A program made the position numbers and the translations under genes. 31,867 nucleotides of DNA, taken from positions 1-31,867 of IMG/VR virus record IMGVR_UViG_3300032270_001022; one strand, written 5' to 3'. Shown in pieces: positions 26,774-31,867 of this stretch. This DNA comes from a virus (taxonomy: Duplodnaviria > Caudoviricetes). Under the pieces are notes generated by a model, which was not told the DNA's origin, searched no databases, and saw only the letters and a program-made list of their open reading frames with translations. Numbering within the stretch: position 1 is the first letter of the stretch; every line of letters starts with the position of its first letter.

Positions 26774-27426
26774 TACGCAATCCTTCTGCGTCTATACCTT
26801 TTCACGGCCATAAGCTCTTTTTCAAGAAATCCAACCTCTAACGGAGCAACGTTTCTGGTGTTCAAATCTTTGACGCCAACGACATCGTCGTGCATGTTTT
26901 GCATTTCTCTAGTTGCGGCCCTAAGAATCATCAACTTAAACATTTTTATGTTTCCACCAGCTAAGCCAGCAGTGTATGTATAGGTTATTAAGTCATTTGC
27001 ATAGCCGTAGTAAAGATCTACTCCGAATTTTCTAACAACATAATCCTGATCTTGTACAAGTTCAAACTCGTCGCCGTACTGTGGCTTGACGGTAATTGAG
27101 TCCACGGAAATTACTGGTGAATTTTTGAAATAAACAGTTTGCGGAGGACGCATAAAAGTTGAAGATGGGGTTTGTGAATTCCAAGTTTGGAAAGACTCGT
27201 TGAAACTTTGCCCTGCGTCATTATAGAAAAATGAGTTCATTGGCATGCCAGTAAAATTTGACTCAAGCCGATACTCCTCGGTGAACTCATTTACCTCAAT
27301 AGGTCTCCCCAGGTACGCCTCTAGTTCGCTTTGAAGTCCCTCTAGAACCATAAGAGCGGCGTCTTCCTGCTTATTGGAAAAAGAAATATCCATATAAGTT
27401 TTTAGATGATTGACTGTTACCAACAT
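26773..27426 (-). CDS. Head-tail connector/adaptor protein
   Basis: MLVTV..LK.Y......D......E.Y.GR, P..SV.SI, TYTAG, terminal L...KRYRR pattern. Confidence 0.75.
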   Translation of the reverse strand: MLVTVNHLKTYMDISFSNKQEDAALMVLEGLQSELEAYLGRPIEVNEFTEEYRLESNFTGMPMNSFFYNDAGQSFNESFQTWNSQTPSSTFMRPPQTVYFKNSPVISVDSITVKPQYGDEFELVQDQDYVVRKFGVDLYYGYANDLITYTYTAGLAGGNIKMFKLMILRAATREMQNMHDDVVGVKDLNTRNVAPLEVGFLEKELMAVKRYRRRRIA

Positions 27427-27452
27427 TTTTCACCCCCCATGGGAGTTTTGAG

Positions 27453-27665
27453 TTAACTGCGACGACGACGAAGAAGGTTTCTTGCAGCTTGACCCAAGCG
27501 TGATTCACGCAGAATCTGTCTTGCTGTTGCGCTTCCTGCCTGTCCAGTTCTTCTTCCGCCGATGCCTTCAACGACGCGGTTCACCAATCGGCGAGCCGTT
27601 CCGGCGCGACCTACTCGGCCCTCCGTCTCTTCTCCACCGATTTCAGGGAAGTTGTAACAAATCAT
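27453..27665 (-). CDS. Small Arg/Gly-rich basic protein, function unknown
   Basis: GGAG RBS and own extended -10 (TGGTAGAAT, 27700-27708); fills the gap ahead of the neck genes; ends NLLRRRRS. Confidence 0.65.
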   Translation of the reverse strand: MICYNFPEIGGEETEGRVGRAGTARRLVNRVVEGIGGRRTGQAGSATARQILRESRLGQAARNLLRRRRS

Positions 27666-27699
27666 GATTGATGCTCCAATGGCTTGACAATTACTAAAA

Positions 27700-27708
27700 A
27701 TTCTACCA
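27700..27708 (-). promoter_or_regulatory. Putative extended -10 promoter TGGTAGAAT heading the neck/tail operon
   Basis: TGn+TANNNT in the intergenic gap. Confidence 0.55.
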
Positions 27709-27728
27709 TGTAATGCATCTTTGACTAA

Positions 27729-28298
27729 CTACCTGTCGGCGTTTGGTGGTCTCTCTATGCTCACCGAGGAGTCAACTGGACCTGCGTTTACCGATTCCGT
27801 TGATGCTTCAACTGGAACCCAAGCGCGAGAATACCTGTGTTCAGAAATATTTTTTGCCTTGAGAACAGTTCCGTCAAGCATTATGTCAAGTTCGTCATAC
27901 TTCATGCAAAGCATTTCGGCAAGTTCTTCTTGTTCATAAGCACCAGACGCAACTATGTCCTTGACAATGTTTGATAATTGCTTTGCCACAACAGAACCCC
28001 TACCCCTATTTATGGAAACATGAAGAATTCTGGCATCTATTGAATCGCAGTCAACCCTGATCACTGGGACTGTGTTCCCGACAACCTCACGAACATACTT
28101 GTTGTCTTTTGCAAGCATCCACCGTTGAACACCATCAATTATTAAGTTGTCGGCATTTACGACGAGTGGAGAAAGAATCCCGTACTTGCAGATCGAGGCA
28201 GACAGAACGACTAGGTCAGGACGCAAAATATAGTTAGCGTGCCATGATGGCTTCTTTAATTCGTCAACGCTTACGTATTCAGTTTTCATAAAGTTCAC
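27729..28298 (-). CDS. ParB/Srx-N domain protein (IbrB-like)
   Basis: V.VDELK...W..N, L.ASI.KYGIL.PLVV, IIDG.QRW, VPV, T/V.INR.RG; overlaps the end of the PAPS-reductase-like gene. Confidence 0.8.
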   Translation of the reverse strand: MNFMKTEYVSVDELKKPSWHANYILRPDLVVLSASICKYGILSPLVVNADNLIIDGVQRWMLAKDNKYVREVVGNTVPVIRVDCDSIDARILHVSINRGRGSVVAKQLSNIVKDIVASGAYEQEELAEMLCMKYDELDIMLDGTVLKAKNISEHRYSRAWVPVEASTESVNAGPVDSSVSIERPPNADR

Positions 28299-29430
28299 TG
28301 CTTTCTATTACTTCTAGTTCCTTTTTTCTAACAGAAAATGCTTTTGTTTTTGGCCCAACTGGAGAAACAGCGCTTCCGTTATCAATGTTGTTGAGGAGAA
28401 GGTTTCTCATCAAGAGGTTCATTGGGTATGAGTGTTTGTCCAGTATGTGCTTTTTCCTAAACTCCGAAACATAGGACTTTGCTCGCCTCTGCTTTGTTGC
28501 CCCAATTATGTAATCCTCAATCAACCATTTAGCACCCTCAAAACCATGTTGGGCATAATTAGCAATTAGTGTTTCAAAATCGAAGTCTTTTCCTATTCGC
28601 CTCTGAGCGTCAATGTATGGGAAGCACTCAAAAAGCCTGTCGTAAAACTCGGGTTCAGTTGCAACAACATCTCCAATCCTACGAATTGCTACCGCGTGCA
28701 AAGGTATTCCGACTCGCGTGTTACTGCCTGTGATTGCGGCAAGATCGTAATACTCGCAGTACTCAGCACCATGCTCTTCGGACAGATACTTGAAAACATC
28801 ATTTGTTTCCCAGTCGTAAATGATCTTTGCGAACTTTAATGGGATTCCCTTTTTTACGCCAAAAGGAGTAACGATGTAGTTCTCATGCAGTTTTTGCACA
28901 CAGGCCCTATATCTGACCATTGACTCATTAGCTCGAACGCCAGTTATGAATGCAACGTTTCCTTTTTTGCCCTGCATTGTGTAATAGTCGATCGTTTCAG
29001 GAAGCGGCTTAGCAGGGTCAAGTCCAAAATGCTCTGCGGTTATAGCCCATGGCGGAATGTCTCTGACAAGACGGCCTTCGGACTCTCGCTTCTTGCTCCA
29101 CAGCAAAGCAGACTGCCTCCTGCCGAGAACCCAAATTTCTGTTCCGTATGGAAGGCAATACCACTCCATGTCAACCCAATCGTAATTGCGTACTTTTTCT
29201 ATGTACTCAATTGTTTTTGGGGTAATCATTTCTTCGTCTCTGAAAATTACCTTCACAGGACCAAGACCACGTTCTTCGTGTATTTCTTTTGCCAGATAAA
29301 GAACAGCTGTTGAATCTTTTCCACCAGAGAACTGAACGCATACAGTGTCAAAGGTGTCGTAAACATGGCGGATACGAGCGCGCGCCGCTTCAACGCAACT
29401 TATATTCAAGAACATCCGCTGCCTAGTCAT
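28279..29430 (-). CDS. PAPS-reductase-family adenine nucleotide alpha-hydrolase (IbrA-like)
   Basis: EAAR.RI...YD.FD...V.FSGGKDST (PP-loop), F.D.E, WYCLP, GVRANES..R, IYDW...DVF.Y. Confidence 0.85.
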   Translation of the reverse strand: MTRQRMFLNISCVEAARARIRHVYDTFDTVCVQFSGGKDSTAVLYLAKEIHEERGLGPVKVIFRDEEMITPKTIEYIEKVRNYDWVDMEWYCLPYGTEIWVLGRRQSALLWSKKRESEGRLVRDIPPWAITAEHFGLDPAKPLPETIDYYTMQGKKGNVAFITGVRANESMVRYRACVQKLHENYIVTPFGVKKGIPLKFAKIIYDWETNDVFKYLSEEHGAEYCEYYDLAAITGSNTRVGIPLHAVAIRRIGDVVATEPEFYDRLFECFPYIDAQRRIGKDFDFETLIANYAQHGFEGAKWLIEDYIIGATKQRRAKSYVSEFRKKHILDKHSYPMNLLMRNLLLNNIDNGSAVSPVGPKTKAFSVRKKELEVIESSELYEN

Positions 29431-29433
29431 TGA

Positions 29434-30213
29434 CTAAACCTCCGTGTGCTGTTCAATGAAATCTATTAGCTTTTCGGCAGTTGTTGAACCATCCACACCT
29501 GGATCACTTCGTAGCCATTTGATAAATGAGTACCACTTTGACTGTTGGTCTGGGTTGTCAAAAACAATTGTGTACTGAACAACTGCTTGTGGCGCAGATG
29601 CTTTTGCTGCGATGGTGCTTCCCTTGATCGCAACCTCGCTGTGGTCCATTCCCTTTGGCGCAACTATCTCCATATCGCCATCAGCGTTCTTTTCCAACAT
29701 TGAGCGTATTTCTCTGTCGCCTTCAATATTTGGTTGCATGATTACTGGTGGTATGTATTCTGATCCAGTTAAAACTTCTGTTTGGCTTGCAATGGTTTCG
29801 TTGATAGAAGCTATTTCAAACTCATCCCAACCAAGGTTGTTCCATAACTCTGGGTATATGTCAGAAACTTCAACGAGCAATTGCGACAGCATGTCATCAT
29901 CTGTTCTGCCAAGTTCCATAGTTCTGTTGTCTGCGAGCGCATATGCAATAGCGCGATCGTCGTCGGCTTCCAAAAACACGCACGCTATTTTTTCCCAGCC
30001 AAGTTGTTTGGCTGCTTGCAGTTGATGGTTACCAGCAATAACCGTTGCCGATCCATCATCGTTTTTCTTTGCAACGATCGGCTTAACCTGTCCAAACTCT
30101 TCATACGAAGCGGCGATTGCTCTGACGTCTCCCTTTCTCGGGTTATTCTCAAGAAATTCAAGACCGTCAATATCAACTATTAAATTATTCAATGATGGGT
30201 GGATATTTTCCAT
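29434..30213 (-). CDS. ParB/Srx-N domain protein with distinct C-terminal domain
   Basis: NNPR.GDV..IA.S..EFGQ.KPIV, VIAGNH.L.AAK.LGW, ALADNR..ELG; C-terminal QYTIVFD...QQ..W..F...L...T.AEKL..FI. Confidence 0.85.
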   Translation of the reverse strand: MENIHPSLNNLIVDIDGLEFLENNPRKGDVRAIAASYEEFGQVKPIVAKKNDDGSATVIAGNHQLQAAKQLGWEKIACVFLEADDDRAIAYALADNRTMELGRTDDDMLSQLLVEVSDIYPELWNNLGWDEFEIASINETIASQTEVLTGSEYIPPVIMQPNIEGDREIRSMLEKNADGDMEIVAPKGMDHSEVAIKGSTIAAKASAPQAVVQYTIVFDNPDQQSKWYSFIKWLRSDPGVDGSTTAEKLIDFIEQHTEV

Positions 30214-30214
30214 T

Positions 30215-30553
30215 TCAGACCTGCACTCTGACGTTTGCGTTTAATGTTCTAAGAGCATCAATGCTAGTTCTAAGCGATAAAAGTTTTTCACGTTTTGCTT
30301 TTAGCAGACCTTCCGCCATCTTTGCGTCAAAAATTGGATCGCCAAGTTTGTAGTCGGCCCAAGCTTCTCGCTCCTTGATTGAACCCTTAGCGGACAGGTA
30401 TTCTTTTGCCCAACTAGACTTCATGAAAGCATCTTTTTTTGCAAAATCCTCTGCGAGTTTTTCAAACGCTTCGGTTTCTGATTCAAGCAAATCCAGCAAG
30501 CGAAGTATTTCGTTTTCAATGTCAACTTGACTTATAGGGCCATTTCTAGTCAT
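30215..30553 (-). CDS. Small helical/coiled-coil protein, possibly UvsY-like recombination mediator
   Basis: All-helical 112 aa with GSIKEREAWA motif, translationally coupled to ruvC. The family assignment is a weak inference. Confidence 0.5.
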   Translation of the reverse strand: MTRNGPISQVDIENEILRLLDLLESETEAFEKLAEDFAKKDAFMKSSWAKEYLSAKGSIKEREAWADYKLGDPIFDAKMAEGLLKAKREKLLSLRTSIDALRTLNANVRVQV

Positions 30554-31085
30554 TAAGCACCCCTTCCAAAGGCTTCACAGGACTCCACTCTATCTTTTCC
30601 AAACTTGAAAGACTTGCTTCCGGCCATTGGTATTTTCCGCGCCCGTAATGCGAAAGAACCATTTCTTCAAGTATCCAAGCATCGCACTTATCGTCCGAAC
30701 CAGAACCAGACCACACGATTCCCGTCTTGGCTGATATTGCTGAAATTACGTCATTTTTAGAAGCATTTCCTCTTCCCGTTGCAAACTTTGCCCTACAGGT
30801 TGGGGGTATTTCTATGTACGGAATGTTGTTGGCGTAAAGTTGCGCTCTTACCACTCCACCCAATTCACCGATGGAGAATGCTTGTGAGTTTCTTGCAGCG
30901 AAGGCATAACCCTCAATTGCAACCAATCCGACTTTTTCCTTAAGAGCCAGACTAACTATGGTCCTGCTTATTTCGATCAACCTGGCAGGGCCTTTTTCCT
31001 TTGAGGCAATAACAAAAGTATCTCCATCAACAGACAAACCTGTTGACGTGAGAGACAAATCTAAACCCATTACCTTTGATTGCAT
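30546..31085 (-). CDS. ruvC: RuvC-like Holliday junction resolvase
   Basis: VMGLDLSLTSTG, VAIEG, GELGGVV, P...KFATG.GNA.K, D..DA catalytic motifs. Confidence 0.92.
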   Translation of the reverse strand: MQSKVMGLDLSLTSTGLSVDGDTFVIASKEKGPARLIEISRTIVSLALKEKVGLVAIEGYAFAARNSQAFSIGELGGVVRAQLYANNIPYIEIPPTCRAKFATGRGNASKNDVISAISAKTGIVWSGSGSDDKCDAWILEEMVLSHYGRGKYQWPEASLSSLEKIEWSPVKPLEGVLND

Positions 31086-31091
31086 GGACAG

Positions 31092-31099
31092 ACACTAGC
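31092..31099 (-). promoter_or_regulatory. Putative -10 (GCTAGTGT) for leaderless ruvC operon
   Basis: TAGTGT 6 nt upstream of ATG 31085, no SD, just downstream of a terminator. Confidence 0.55.
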
Positions 31100-31105
31100 C
31101 CATAT

Positions 31106-31138
31106 AAAGCAAAAAGCCGCCAGCATCTAGCTAGCGGC
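31106..31138 (-). terminator. Intrinsic terminator
   Basis: Minus strand GCCGCTAGC-TAGAT-GCTGGCGGC (9 bp, one G.U) followed by TTTTTGCTTT. Confidence 0.8.
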
Positions 31139-31165
31139 CATTAGCGCAATCACGAAGAGGAGCCC

Positions 31166-31213
31166 CTAAGCGAAGACACCGCCTTTGCTGTGGACGTTAA
31201 ACCCACTAGACAT
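31166..31213 (-). CDS. Putative 15-aa mini-ORF MSSGFNVHSKGGVFA
   Basis: ATG directly after GAGGGGAAGGTGATCC; own extended -10 (TGTTACGCT, 31259-31267) and downstream terminator. Confidence 0.45.
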   Translation of the reverse strand: MSSGFNVHSKGGVFA

Positions 31214-31258
31214 GGATCACCTTCCCCTCTTTGTTAAAAACATTAGGTTCTAAACAAA

Positions 31259-31267
31259 AGCGTAACA
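31259..31267 (-). promoter_or_regulatory. Putative extended -10 promoter TGTTACGCT
   Basis: TGn+TANNNT between two terminators, ahead of the mini-ORF. Confidence 0.45.
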
Positions 31268-31314
31268 CTTTTTAAATCAGAAGATAAGTAAAACATTGTT
31301 AAATATAAAGTAAT

Positions 31315-31368
31315 AAAATAAAAAAGACGCAAAAGCCGAGTGAGTCTCCCCACCCGACTTTTGCGCCT
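31315..31368 (-). terminator. Long stem with GAGA (GNRA) tetraloop and U-tract
   Basis: Minus strand AGGCGCAAAAGTCGGGTGGG-GAGA-CTCACTCGGCTTTTGCGTCT then TTTTTATTTT. This is a 20-bp stem whose four non-Watson-Crick pairs are all G.U on the minus strand only. Confidence 0.85.
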
Positions 31369-31385
31369 ATAACGGTCCTAAGGAT
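31320..31385 (-). ncRNA. Candidate small RNA antisense to 23S rRNA helix 69 region
   Basis: TAAAGT -10 at 31390-31395, then CCTTAGGACCGTTATAG (31367-31383; reverse complement of 23S CTATAACGGTCCTAAGG), then the GNRA terminator hairpin; no ORF. Confidence 0.6.
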
Positions 31386-31453
31386 TACAACTTTACACCC
31401 GTCAGAAATACTGAAAGTGTTAATAATAAACTTTTAAAAATAAATTTTTGTAG

Positions 31454-31479
31454 TAGAATATTCTTCACGAAACAAGGAG
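31454..31479 (+). promoter_or_regulatory. -10 (TAGAAT) and RBS (AAGGAG) of the rightward gene
   Basis: TAGAAT 31454-31459 after an AT-rich tract; AAGGAG 31474-31479. Confidence 0.55.
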
Positions 31480-31484
31480 ACAGC

Positions 31485-31867
31485 ATGTCCGCAATCATCC
31501 CACCATCAATCGTTAATTACGATTGGACTGTCAAAATCAACAACCCATCTTTTTTGAATGTGTCATTCCCATTTAGAGTCAAGATTGTATCAATCTGGTT
31601 CACCACACAAGCAATTTACGGCGACACGGCTGGTCTCTGGCAGGGTGATGAGGAAACTTTGGACATTGAGACAACTCAGAGAGTTTTGAAGCTTGCGGCT
31701 TTTAAAGCAAAGAATTCCAAGACTCAACACAGCATTTACGACAACCCAAATGACTTTGTGTACCCGTTTGAAGACGTTGACTACAACGATTCGCCAAACG
31801 AGGACCTTAAGCCAACAATGTGGCTTGGCAATCCAGACGATGCCGCTGGAAGAATTGGTGCATTCTC
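31485..31867 (+). CDS. Hypothetical protein (partial, runs off right edge; not in ORF track)
   Basis: ATG 31485 with AAGGAG; open frame MSAIIPPSIVNYDWTVKINNPSFLNVSFPFRVKIVSIWF...GRIGAF to the window end. Confidence 0.8.
   Translation, partial: MSAIIPPSIVNYDWTVKINNPSFLNVSFPFRVKIVSIWFTTQAIYGDTAGLWQGDEETLDIETTQRVLKLAAFKAKNSKTQHSIYDNPNDFVYPFEDVDYNDSPNEDLKPTMWLGNPDDAAGRIGAF

Noticed and set aside
28279-29430. cysH auxiliary metabolic gene for sulfate assimilation
   Set aside because: It lacks the C-terminal ECGLH catalytic motif; length and the ParB-N neighbour fit the IbrA-like subfamily.
199-30183. Many short ORFs in the track lying antisense to, or in alternative frames of, long genes (e.g. 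199-570, 2357-2677, 4419-5273, 19241-19534, 23685-24206, 29612-30025)
   Set aside because: They are shadows of well-supported genes; no RBS or recognisable motifs.
27729-30213. ParABS partition system
   Set aside because: No ParA ATPase in the window, no evident HTH in either ParB-N protein, and no parS-like repeats noticed.
31127-31213. Genome-wide TAG stop-codon reassignment
   Set aside because: TAG ends several genes at sensible positions (8303-8305, 23045-23047, 22869-22871, 25697-25699), and long genes are intact under the standard code.
31367-31383. rRNA gene fragment or engineered I-CeuI cloning site
   Set aside because: Identity stops at 17 nt: flanks are GCGC and ATTAC rather than TAA and TAGCGAA. 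There is no other rRNA or vector sequence, and the segment is integrated with a native hairpin.
31086-31484. tRNA or tmRNA in the structured intergenic region
   Set aside because: No cloverleaf, T-loop GTTCRA or acceptor stem with CCA was found by eye; the hairpins are terminator-like.

Overview
This window is the tail-morphogenesis region of a tailed phage with a contractile (myovirus-type) tail. The host is probably an actinobacterium, inferred from an r1t-type holin, peptidoglycan-binding modules, TANNNT/extended -10 promoters and leaderless genes. Most genes run on the minus strand. In transcription order they are ruvC, a small helical protein, a ParB-N / PAPS-reductase-like (IbrA-like) / ParB-N (IbrB-like) trio, a small Arg-rich protein, neck proteins, sheath, tube, a tail assembly chaperone with a start-less -1 frame extension, the tape measure (with a C-terminal M15-type peptidase motif), baseplate genes and a holin. 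These are followed by fibre-attachment proteins, a 1297-aa Ser/Gly/Ala/Thr-rich 20/22-aa repeat protein and a tail-fibre gene that runs off the left edge. A four-gene glycan cassette (GT-B, GT-A, SAM methyltransferase, NDP-sugar epimerase) is inserted on the plus strand inside the structural region. The most striking unexplained signal is in the 31086-31484 intergenic region, which holds two tandem small minus-strand transcription units, each with a -10 box and a terminator. One is a ~65-nt RNA whose 5' 17 nt are exactly complementary to the conserved 23S rRNA helix 69 region. The other is a 15-codon mini-ORF with extended complementarity to the 16S rRNA 3' end. All calls come from reading motifs and gene order by eye; no searches were run.
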